A stretch of DNA of 56,458 nucleotides, taken from assembly GCA_001872605.1 (NCBI GenBank), contig MNXM01000308.1, positions 4,653 through 61,110 of the forward strand. Direction: 5' to 3'. The notes under the pieces are model-generated. The model was not told the origin of the DNA, made no database searches, and worked only from the letters and a program-made list of their open reading frames with translations. How positions within the stretch are numbered: the stretch's first letter is position 1; each line of letters opens with the position of its first letter. Below, in pieces: positions 37,643-46,087 of the stretch. Origin of the DNA: Armatimonadetes bacterium CG2_30_59_28 (GTDB taxonomy: Bacteria > Armatimonadota > Abditibacteriia > CG2-30-59-28). Made by a program: the position numbers and the translations under genes.

Positions 37643-39616
37643 TCACCGATCACCTCCGGCAAGGCTGCGGAGCCACGCGGTGAGAAACTGCTGCTGGTTC
37701 ACCTTGAGACCCTTGATGAAAGCGTGGTCAGCGGTCATGCCTCGCCCGAGGTCGCGGAGGATGCTCAGCAGAGCCTGCTTGCCAGCCTGTTTGAGCAGGA
37801 ACTCAACCATCGAGTTCGCCTGGCTGTACGCGAGAAAGCTGTCCTCCCCCTCGAAATTCCAGGCAAGGAGTTGCGGAATGCTGTTGAGTTGATTTCTCTG
37901 CCAGGCTTCGGACACGCGCTTCTGATAGTCCCAGTATCCTCCCTGCACGACACAGGCAATCCCTTCGTTCAGCCAGTCGGGGATCAGGGCGCCATCGGTG
38001 ATTGTCTTGATGGCGACGTGGCCATATTCGTGCGCCACCACGGAGAAGGTATCCTTGTCCGACTGGACGTAGGTCACAATCTCCTCACCGTCGGTATAGG
38101 CTGCCGCAAACTCCGATATCGGCGACTCCGCCGCGATGCTGGCAAACTTCTGGAATTCTCCCTGAGTCGGGAACAGCACGACCTCGGTCTGCTTCATGGG
38201 AATCCCGAAATCCGAGTACGTGTTGTGCTGGGCATATTCCAGAGCGGCGAGCAGTTGAGGGAGACTGGGATTGTCGTGCCGTGCGCGCACCGTGAAGAGG
38301 TCCGACCGAAGCAGCGCAGGGGGCTTGCGCCGGGAGTTAGCGATGCAACGCTGAACGTTCGCGCTGGAAGCCCGCAGGGCGTCCTTCACCGCGGCTGACC
38401 GGATCGACCTCATCAAGACCTGGGCACGCGACCACTCAGACTCAGCGCGTTTGTCATCGCCCAGGCGCAAACACCAGAGAGAGCGTTGTAGGCATTCGGC
38501 GGGGTCGGATGAAGCCTCGCCATACCTGCTTAGACTTTCGTGGAGAAGCAATCGCGGGTGGAGGGGCGAAACCCCAACAGCTCCCTCAAATTGGATGCGA
38601 TCACTCGCCATCCGAAGCGGATCACGCTCCACGAGATGCTCTGCCTCGCACAACTCGGAATCTGCAATCATGCTCGGCTGGAGACCCTTCGCCTTCTGCA
38701 ACTCCTCCAGTGACTTGGCGTATAATCCAAGTTGTGCGAGCGTTGTTGCGTAATCCCGGTGAAGACCGGCATCGCCAAAGCTGCCTTCCACCGCCTCGCG
38801 CAGACGACGCGCCTGCATCTCAGCGGTATCCTCTGCCGTATGCGACACTGACCTGGAAAGGCGCAACGAATCCCACTCGGTCGCGGCAACGAGCCAGGCT
38901 TCTCCATTCCACTGGACAAAGAGGTGAGCGTTCATTGGCCGATTGCATTCCGCTCCCTCCCCTACTACCTGCTCCAGCGCGTCCGTTATGTCTGCACTAA
39001 ACCGACCGGATGGAGGAACGGCAGGCGACGCCACACGTCCTTCCCACCGCATCTGCCGCAGGGGAAACCATTGTCCACCCGCGTGGGCCACGACGAAATG
39101 CAGCACGCGAGGATACTGAGGTCGGTCTTCCTGTTCCACCGCCTGCCGGACCTCAGCTCCAATGTCCACCCCATTCCACTGTTGTGCAGTGAAACGCCAG
39201 TGGGTGCCATCGCGACGCAGAAGGAAGTCGATGATCCCGCGGTCGATGGTTTGTGGCTGCCGAGGCGCGTTCAGCTCCGAGGTCCGGCCGGTCAATACAA
39301 ATTCCGTGCGGACCAGTGCGGAGTCGCCGGACGTTCCCACAATTGCGGGCACCTGGTTGAGCCGGAGGTCCCGATAGCGAGAGAAAACCCTGGTCCAGTA
39401 GTCTCTCAGTGGTCCCTGAGAACTGCCAGACACCAGTTCCATAATCCCGGCCATCGACTCGCCGGCCACGGCGGAGGCGTATGAGTGCAGGAGTTGGTCA
39501 ATGCCTCCTGTGTCACTGTCACCCAGCGCCGCCGTTGTCACCTGCCCGGGTTGCAGGAGCATCCAGGTGATCCACAGACAAGCGTAGACGAGGCTCTTGG
39601 GGAAGTTGCGTTTCAT
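37643..39616 (-). CDS. Secreted NTF2-like/TPR protein with C-terminal peptidase MA-like (gluzincin) domain
   Basis: Signal peptide; TPR-like segment (HRDYATTLAQLGLYAKS); HEYGH followed by PDWLNEGIA. Confidence 0.78.
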   Translation of the reverse strand: MKRNFPKSLVYACLWITWMLLQPGQVTTAALGDSDTGGIDQLLHSYASAVAGESMAGIMELVSGSSQGPLRDYWTRVFSRYRDLRLNQVPAIVGTSGDSALVRTEFVLTGRTSELNAPRQPQTIDRGIIDFLLRRDGTHWRFTAQQWNGVDIGAEVRQAVEQEDRPQYPRVLHFVVAHAGGQWFPLRQMRWEGRVASPAVPPSGRFSADITDALEQVVGEGAECNRPMNAHLFVQWNGEAWLVAATEWDSLRLSRSVSHTAEDTAEMQARRLREAVEGSFGDAGLHRDYATTLAQLGLYAKSLEELQKAKGLQPSMIADSELCEAEHLVERDPLRMASDRIQFEGAVGVSPLHPRLLLHESLSRYGEASSDPAECLQRSLWCLRLGDDKRAESEWSRAQVLMRSIRSAAVKDALRASSANVQRCIANSRRKPPALLRSDLFTVRARHDNPSLPQLLAALEYAQHNTYSDFGIPMKQTEVVLFPTQGEFQKFASIAAESPISEFAAAYTDGEEIVTYVQSDKDTFSVVAHEYGHVAIKTITDGALIPDWLNEGIACVVQGGYWDYQKRVSEAWQRNQLNSIPQLLAWNFEGEDSFLAYSQANSMVEFLLKQAGKQALLSILRDLGRGMTADHAFIKGLKVNQQQFLTAWLRSLAGGDR

Positions 39617-39636
39617 GTTTCGGTGAAGACAATTCG

Positions 39637-41925
39637 TCAGTAGATCTCTCCGCCGCTGGTATCCAGCAATTCTCCGGATTCACCGACCCCGAAGCGGGTA
39701 TCAAAGAACGGAAAAGCCTTCAGCGCCAGATCGAAACGCATTTCTCTTCTCTGATCGTCATACGTCAGGAATGCGTGCCAGTCGTGGAAGGTTCGGCGAA
39801 CCTTCACCTGGTTATAGTCGAAGTCGCGGGTGAAGCCGTTGTAACCGCTCAGGGCCTGGATGCCCCACCGCTCCCCGACTCGCCAGTCGAGGTAGGCGTT
39901 GACGCGGCTAAGGTCGTCCGTGACGGGGTTGTAGCGCGTGGTGACATTGAAATTGAGTCTGTCCTTGTGGAACAGCTTGAACCGAGTCAACACGTCGCGG
40001 AACTCCGAATTGTTGATATCGTATCCCGTGGACAGACTGAAATAGTAAGTCTCATTGGGTATGAACTGATAACGCAGAATGGCATCCCGATAGATGTCCT
40101 GTGAGAGGTCGAGCCCGGCGCTGAAATTGATCCTCATCCGGTCCCCCAGGTTATACTGAAGCACGGAATCCACGGAGTCGAAGGCGCGGGAGTAGTCAAA
40201 GCGGAACGGCGTAAACCCCGACGGGGCCTGGCGCGAGTAGGTCACCGTCCCCGACCAGTGACGGTCGAGTTGACGCTTCAGCTCGCTGCGGTAATTAACC
40301 ACATATTGCGCAGAGTTGTCGCTGTAGAACGACTGCTGAAAGGCGCCTGAGAGCGTCAGGCTGGTGTCGTCCCCGTAGGTCTTCATGTAGTTGTCGAGTT
40401 TCAAGTCGAGATTGGCCCGATAGAGACTGGTATGCTCCGGGAACTCCTTGAACTGCCCAAACCCAAGTTTGAGGCCGGCAGGAAACATGCCGAACACTTC
40501 ATGCTTTGTGCGAAGAGAATCGGTCTGCAGTTCCACTTCCGGAACGCGATTGAGATAGTAGCTCAGGTCATCGCCCGAATAGTCCGCCCCATCGAGGTCT
40601 TCGCGTTGCTCCATGCGGAACGTCCAGTCCAGCCACTTGCCCCTGTTCTTTACCTCGAGTCTGGAATCAAGCTCCTGGTCCGCGGCAGAGCCAGAGATGA
40701 AGTCGAAGTAACGATAGTCCTCGCTGAGCGTCACGGTGGTGTCGGGAGTCGCCTGATGGGTCACGCGGAAGTTGACGTTGCGTGAAGCGCTGTCACTGTA
40801 GTCACTGTTTGAGCGGCGTTCGTGCAGGCCAAGCTGGACGTTGGTTCCATCCACGTTGCGTCTGAGACTGAGGTCCGTATTGAGCATATTGGAGTTCTGG
40901 GAATACAGGTCGTTGCGGGATGCGTTCAGCGAGAAATCCGCGAGAACGTCGAAGGGCAGTTCCTGACGATGTTGTAGACGCGCGTCCAGCTCCGTATTGC
41001 CTGTGTCGCGGTCCTGGAGGTGGTAAACATACGCCGAACCCCCGCCGGAGTCCAGCGTGTAATCCTGCTGCACACCTGTCCCAATCCCGCGTTTCTGCAT
41101 GAAATCCATGTACAGCGTTCCAAGTTGTTTCTCCGTAGCCATGTACTGGTACGTCGTCTTCAGGAAGTATCCCTCCGCGTCGTTCACGCCCCAGTATGGC
41201 AGGATGGGGATGCGTCGTCGGGCAAAGGGCTTCAGCGAAACGGAAAACGTGTGGACACTGAAGACTCGCTTTTCGCCGAGGTAGAAGCCGGCGTTCCTGA
41301 CGATGATCTTGTCGTCGGGAATCACGGTGATCTTCCGGGCGCGTATGGAGTAGTGGGGATCAGCCAGATCGCATGTTGTCACCAGACCACTCGACGCCTC
41401 AACGCGATTCTCGCTGCCTGCCACCTTCTCGCCTCGCACGTAGATCGGTTCCAGCACAGTGCCTGGCTCGAAATAGCGGGGTGAGATTTCGCCCCGTCCC
41501 TTATGGAACTCCCAGCGGCTATCCTTGAGGTTGACCGTGATCTCTTCGCCAGTGAAAACTTGGTTCTTCGCGACGATCCGGACATTGCCAGTCATCCGGG
41601 CCTCCTCACGGTCTTCGTCCATCTCAAGCCTGTCGGAATGGATTTCGAGATCGCGATACAGGATAGCCACATTGCCGGTTGCAGTGGCAGTACGGTTCTT
41701 CTCGTCCTGCAACAGTCTGTCAGCGGTGATGTGGATGGTGGTTGTCTCTCCTGCCGCGTCCGGCGTCTGCGCCGCGTCCGGCGTCTGCGCCGCGTCCGGC
41801 GTCTGCGCCGCGTCCGGCGTCTGCGCCGCAAGGGTGCCGGCACACGGCCACATCGCCCCCACGACGACGAGCGCCCAGGAGACGCAAGTGATTGCGATTC
41901 TGTTGTTGGAGGGGAACTTTCTCAT
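39637..41925 (-). CDS. lptD: LPS-assembly protein LptD (OstA) family outer membrane protein
   Basis: Signal peptide, ITAD...ATGNV jellyroll, TTCDLADPHYSIRA motif, long beta-barrel C-terminus; ATGA overlap with lptF/G. Confidence 0.82.
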   Translation of the reverse strand: MRKFPSNNRIAITCVSWALVVVGAMWPCAGTLAAQTPDAAQTPDAAQTPDAAQTPDAAGETTTIHITADRLLQDEKNRTATATGNVAILYRDLEIHSDRLEMDEDREEARMTGNVRIVAKNQVFTGEEITVNLKDSRWEFHKGRGEISPRYFEPGTVLEPIYVRGEKVAGSENRVEASSGLVTTCDLADPHYSIRARKITVIPDDKIIVRNAGFYLGEKRVFSVHTFSVSLKPFARRRIPILPYWGVNDAEGYFLKTTYQYMATEKQLGTLYMDFMQKRGIGTGVQQDYTLDSGGGSAYVYHLQDRDTGNTELDARLQHRQELPFDVLADFSLNASRNDLYSQNSNMLNTDLSLRRNVDGTNVQLGLHERRSNSDYSDSASRNVNFRVTHQATPDTTVTLSEDYRYFDFISGSAADQELDSRLEVKNRGKWLDWTFRMEQREDLDGADYSGDDLSYYLNRVPEVELQTDSLRTKHEVFGMFPAGLKLGFGQFKEFPEHTSLYRANLDLKLDNYMKTYGDDTSLTLSGAFQQSFYSDNSAQYVVNYRSELKRQLDRHWSGTVTYSRQAPSGFTPFRFDYSRAFDSVDSVLQYNLGDRMRINFSAGLDLSQDIYRDAILRYQFIPNETYYFSLSTGYDINNSEFRDVLTRFKLFHKDRLNFNVTTRYNPVTDDLSRVNAYLDWRVGERWGIQALSGYNGFTRDFDYNQVKVRRTFHDWHAFLTYDDQRREMRFDLALKAFPFFDTRFGVGESGELLDTSGGEIY
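41753..41829. repeat. 18-bp tandem repeat x4 (plus 5 bp) encoding AAQTPD in the LptD N-terminus
   Basis: GCCGCGTCCGGCGTCTGC, perfect copies. Confidence 0.95.
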
Positions 41926-43082
41926 CTTTCCCGCCACATAAACCCGATGCCAAGCAACCCAAAGAACACGTTGGGGAACCAGGCGGCCAAAACAGGGGAC
42001 AAAATGCCTCCATTGCCCAGCGCGCTGCTCCAACTCATGAACCCATTATAGAAGAACACGAGGAGCACGGTGACCAGAATTCCCATGAAACTCCCTGCCC
42101 TCGCCCAGCGGCGACTGATAGGGAAAGCAAGAAGCCCCAGGATACACGGCGCCAGAGGCACGGAAAATTTTGTGAAGTAGTCCACCTTCATTTTGCGGAC
42201 GTTGATTCCCCCTCGGTCGAAGAGGTCGATCTGCCGTTTGAGTTCAGCCGATGGCATTTCCGCCGGGCCGCGCTGTTCGCCGAACAGGTCTTCAACGGTC
42301 AGATCGAGCTTGAACCGAACTTCGTCAACAGAAGCCTCTGTAACGAGACGCCCCTTCTCATCGAACTCGTGCACGAGGCAATCTTTGAGCAACCATGCGC
42401 CTTCTCTCGTGAAGGCCCGCTTGGCAGTGATGACCCGCGGATACACCGCCCGGGGAGATTGCCTCTCATAGATCATGACATCTCTGAGTTCGCTCAACGC
42501 CACGTCAACTTCATGCACGTAGAAGTAAAAGTCGCCCGACGAGAAGTACCTGTTCTCCTCGACCATCGGGATGGACTTGGTTAGCATAATCTTCCGGACG
42601 ATGTTCTCGGAGCGATGGTTGGCCCAGGGAGCCACCTCCTCACTCAACACGTAGGACAGTACCGTCATCAGCCCCCCAAAGAGCAGACACGGAACAGCCA
42701 ACCGGGGGAGGCTGACGCCTCCACCCCGCATCGCGGTAAACTCCGTTTCCCGCTCAAGGCGATTCACCACGAGCGCAATAGCCAGCAAAGTTGCCACCGG
42801 TATCGCGAGGATGGAGAAACCGGGGATGCGATAGATCAGCATCTTGGTGACGTCGACCGCCGACACGCCACGATTGATAACAATATCTACAATCTGGTAC
42901 AACGTGTGCCCGAGAATGATGACGAGGAACGCCGCAACACCAACGATGAACGGAAGGATGAGTTCCCTGAACAGATACCGATCCAATACCGTCCCGTAGG
43001 CCAAGAAACGGCGAATGGTTGAGCGCTGGTGGAGGTCCTGCCTCAAGTCAGTTGAAGGGTAATCTTTAAGCGGCTTTGTCAA
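41922..43082 (-). CDS. LptF/LptG family LPS export permease
   Basis: LDRYLFREL, ETEFTAMRGGGVS, KFSVPLA, LSPVLAAWFPN; true start probably somewhat downstream of 43082. Confidence 0.92.
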   Translation of the reverse strand: MTKPLKDYPSTDLRQDLHQRSTIRRFLAYGTVLDRYLFRELILPFIVGVAAFLVIILGHTLYQIVDIVINRGVSAVDVTKMLIYRIPGFSILAIPVATLLAIALVVNRLERETEFTAMRGGGVSLPRLAVPCLLFGGLMTVLSYVLSEEVAPWANHRSENIVRKIMLTKSIPMVEENRYFSSGDFYFYVHEVDVALSELRDVMIYERQSPRAVYPRVITAKRAFTREGAWLLKDCLVHEFDEKGRLVTEASVDEVRFKLDLTVEDLFGEQRGPAEMPSAELKRQIDLFDRGGINVRKMKVDYFTKFSVPLAPCILGLLAFPISRRWARAGSFMGILVTVLLVFFYNGFMSWSSALGNGGILSPVLAAWFPNVFFGLLGIGFMWRER

Positions 43083-43331
43083 CGCTGTGCCTCACTTACT
43101 CGTAGACGCAGTGATTATAGAGGATTTCGTCCCATTTGAGAAAGCAAAACACAGCCTGCTTCCCCGGTCAGAACGACGACAACGGCAACCTACGAACTGG
43201 GATCGTGCAGAGCCACTGCTGATATTAGTCGCTCTGGCATTGTTCGCACAATGCACCCTGTGCTACAATCCGCCTGTTATTGACCTTCTGCCCCGCCGCT
43301 GCAGTGCCGCGGGGAGATCGGAGGATGCTGT

Positions 43332-44279
43332 TTGCCCTCACTTGCCGATTTCAGCCGGAAAGTAACTGACAATATTGAGAAAGTCATCGTTGGAAAGCGC
43401 CAGCCGGTTCGGCTTGCTATTGTTGCCCTGCTGTCCGAGGGACACGTTCTCCTGGAGGACGTTCCCGGGGTGGCCAAGACCATGCTCGCCCGCGCGTTGG
43501 CGAAGTCGATCGGGGTAACGTTCGCGAGAGTCCAGTGTACACCTGATCTACTCCCGACCGACGTGACGGGAACATCTATCTTCAATCAGAAGACCTCCGA
43601 CTTCGAGTTCCGCCCCGGGCCGGTGTTCCACCAGATTCTCCTCGCCGACGAAGTCAATCGGACGACACCGCGAACCCAATCCGCGCTGCTGGAATGCATG
43701 GGAGAGCGGCAGGTGACCGTTGACGGGAACACCCACAAGTTGTCGCGCCCGTTCATGGTGATCGCGACGCAGAACCCGGTGGAACACGAGGGAACATTCC
43801 CTCTGCCCGAGGCGCAATTGGATCGCTTTCTCCTGCGTCTATCGATAGGGTATCCGTCCCTTGATGACGAGGACGATATGCTCCAGCGACTACAAGCAGG
43901 GCACCCGATTGAGACACTTAGGCCGATTGCATCCGTGGACGAACTGCTCCTTGCTCAGGAGCAGGTGAAAGAAGTATTTGTTCACGACGCGGTCCGAAAA
44001 TACCTCCTCCAGATCGTCCATGCGACGCGCCGGTCGGGCGAGTTGTTGCTTGGAGCAAGTCCCCGAGCATCCCAGGCCTTACTGCGCACTTCTCAAGCAC
44101 TTGCCGGCATCAGCAACCGCAACTTCGTGCTCCCGGATGACATCAAGTCCCTGTGCGGGCCCGTGCTCGAACACCGCGTCATTCTGAACCCGGAAACGCG
44201 TCTTCGCCGCAAGACGACCTCTCAGGTTGTCCGAGAGGTCGTCGAGTCCATCCCAGCACCGGTGGAGAAGAAGGAGTAG
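43332..44279 (+). CDS. MoxR family AAA+ ATPase
   Basis: HVLLEDVPGVAKT, QCTPDLLPTD, LADEVNR, ATQNPVE, PLPEAQLDRF, GASPR. Confidence 0.95.
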   Translation: MPSLADFSRKVTDNIEKVIVGKRQPVRLAIVALLSEGHVLLEDVPGVAKTMLARALAKSIGVTFARVQCTPDLLPTDVTGTSIFNQKTSDFEFRPGPVFHQILLADEVNRTTPRTQSALLECMGERQVTVDGNTHKLSRPFMVIATQNPVEHEGTFPLPEAQLDRFLLRLSIGYPSLDDEDDMLQRLQAGHPIETLRPIASVDELLLAQEQVKEVFVHDAVRKYLLQIVHATRRSGELLLGASPRASQALLRTSQALAGISNRNFVLPDDIKSLCGPVLEHRVILNPETRLRRKTTSQVVREVVESIPAPVEKKE

Positions 44280-44313
44280 TTGGGGGTTGGGGGTTGGTGA
44301 GTGGTTAAGTGGG
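44279..44313. repeat. G-rich degenerate 7-mer array (left flank of the four-helix-bundle gene)
   Basis: gttgggg gttgggg gttggtg agtggtt aagtggg. Confidence 0.6.
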
Positions 44314-44344
44314 ATGAACGTGACAAGGGAGAAGCAAGGAGGGA

Positions 44345-44623
44345 GTGGCTTTGGAGAAGAAGGTCACGAGGGTTGAGGATTTCGACGTCTTCAATGTGTT
44401 CCCGGACCTCGCTGTATGCGTCGAAAAACACACCCGACGATTCGGACCAGACTTCCGTTGGCTCCGGGTGCAGTTGCTCAGATGTTCCGAGTCCGTTCCG
44501 GCGAACATGACCGAAGGCTTCTATGCCCAGTACCGCACGGAGGAATGCATCCCGGAATTACGGGGCGCTCGCGCTCAAATCCGTAGGATAAAGCTCCAGT
44601 TTTGTCAATCATCAAATCCGTAG
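44345..44623 (+). pseudogene. Four-helix-bundle protein (23S rRNA IVP/Avd-like family), truncated
   Basis: VEDFDVF...LAVCVEKHTRRF...QLLRCSESVPANMTEGF fits the FEDLxVW...QIRRAAxSIPANIAEG pattern; similarity is lost after YRTE. Confidence 0.65.
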
Positions 44624-44727
44624 GGGGTGCAAGTCAGATTTGTGATGCGTGGTGGTAATCAGCCCCCTGGGGCCGGGCAGGCCTAAACGAAAGGTTGGGA
44701 AGACTTATGCGAGTGAAAGGGGACAGT

Positions 44728-44775
44728 AACAACCCCCAACCACTAACCACTAACCGCCAACCACCCACCACCCCC
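44728..44775. repeat. C-rich 7-mer array (right flank, inverted relative to the left)
   Basis: caacccc caaccac taaccac taaccgc caaccac ccaccac. Confidence 0.7.
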
Positions 44776-44778
44776 GGC

Positions 44779-46080
44779 ATGCCTTTCTACCAACGCCTAC
44801 TACTACTCGCCTTCCTCCTTGTCCTCATCTATCTCTATGGACTGGGCTTCCTGGCCTATTCTCTCTACACGGCGATTGGTGTGGTGCTGAGTTCCTGGAT
44901 CATGTCACGCCGAGCGCTCGACCAGATCGCGCATACAAGAACGCTCAGTCGGAAAAGGTGCAATGTCGGCGAGTCCGTAAATGTGTCGCTGGAACTGGTG
45001 AACAACAAAACTTTGCCGGTACTGTGGGTACTTGCCGAAGACTGGATCTCGCAGCGACTCCCTGTCGAGGGTGAACGCGTCAAACTGCTGAGCCTGCGCG
45101 CCGGTCAGGTCACCGTTCTGAGATATGAGGTGGACTGCAAGTACCGGGGTTACCACCGCGTGGGGCCGTTGATACTGGAGTCAGGCGATCTCTTCGGGCT
45201 GTCGCGCAAGTTCCGCACCGGGAGGTCTTCGGACTACGTGACGGTACTCCCAAAGGTAGTACCCCTCACCTCCTACGACATTCACGCCCACCGCCCCATC
45301 GGGGAAATTCGGACCGAGCTACAGATGTACGAGGACCCCAGCCGACTGGCGGGCGTCCGCCGGTATGTGCGCGGAGACAGCTTGAGTCGCATTCACTGGC
45401 GGGCGACAGCGCGCACGGGAACGCTCCACAGCCGTGTGTACGACCCAACCACGATGATTGGGGCGAACATCATTCTCGACTTCCACGCCGATGCCTATGC
45501 GGGAGAGAGAAACTTTGAAAGATCCGAGCTGGCTGTCACAGCGGCCATATCGCTGACGGCCTTCATCCTCGAACAGAAACAGCAAGTGGGTCTGCTGAGC
45601 AACGGACGGGACGCTCTCGACCGGATCCGGGAGGAGAAGGAAGAGAGCGAGTTCGCCGCGGACTCATGGGTCCGAAGTCGCGCCGCCGCGCGCGAACTTG
45701 CGTCCGAGGAGCCGACCTCCGACCGCCTGCGTCCGGTCGAAATCCCAAACCGCCGCGGCGAAGAGCAGTTCGAGCAACTGATGGTCACGCTGGCGCGGCT
45801 GGAAATCACGGATGGCCTGCGCCTGGGCGAGATGCTGTTCGCGGAGTATAATCGACTCCCACGGGACGCGGCGTTGATTGTGATTACAGGGAAAGTTGAC
45901 GCGATGCTGGCAGACGTTCTCGGCGAAGCCAAACGATCCGGGTTCGTCGTTGCAGTGTTTATCATCGACGACGACGCCGAGTACCAACGCGCGGCCGCGC
46001 GCCTCTCGATGCTGGGGATGCAGTGCTATCATCTGAGGAATGATGGAGACTTAAGCGATCTGGCCATGAGGACAATTTAG
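44779..46080 (+). CDS. DUF58 domain protein (MoxR-associated)
   Basis: RGYHRVGP, GDLFGL, GVRRYVRGDSLSRIHWRATAR. Confidence 0.92.
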   Translation: MPFYQRLLLLAFLLVLIYLYGLGFLAYSLYTAIGVVLSSWIMSRRALDQIAHTRTLSRKRCNVGESVNVSLELVNNKTLPVLWVLAEDWISQRLPVEGERVKLLSLRAGQVTVLRYEVDCKYRGYHRVGPLILESGDLFGLSRKFRTGRSSDYVTVLPKVVPLTSYDIHAHRPIGEIRTELQMYEDPSRLAGVRRYVRGDSLSRIHWRATARTGTLHSRVYDPTTMIGANIILDFHADAYAGERNFERSELAVTAAISLTAFILEQKQQVGLLSNGRDALDRIREEKEESEFAADSWVRSRAAARELASEEPTSDRLRPVEIPNRRGEEQFEQLMVTLARLEITDGLRLGEMLFAEYNRLPRDAALIVITGKVDAMLADVLGEAKRSGFVVAVFIIDDDAEYQRAAARLSMLGMQCYHLRNDGDLSDLAMRTI

Positions 46081-46087
46081 CAGGACA

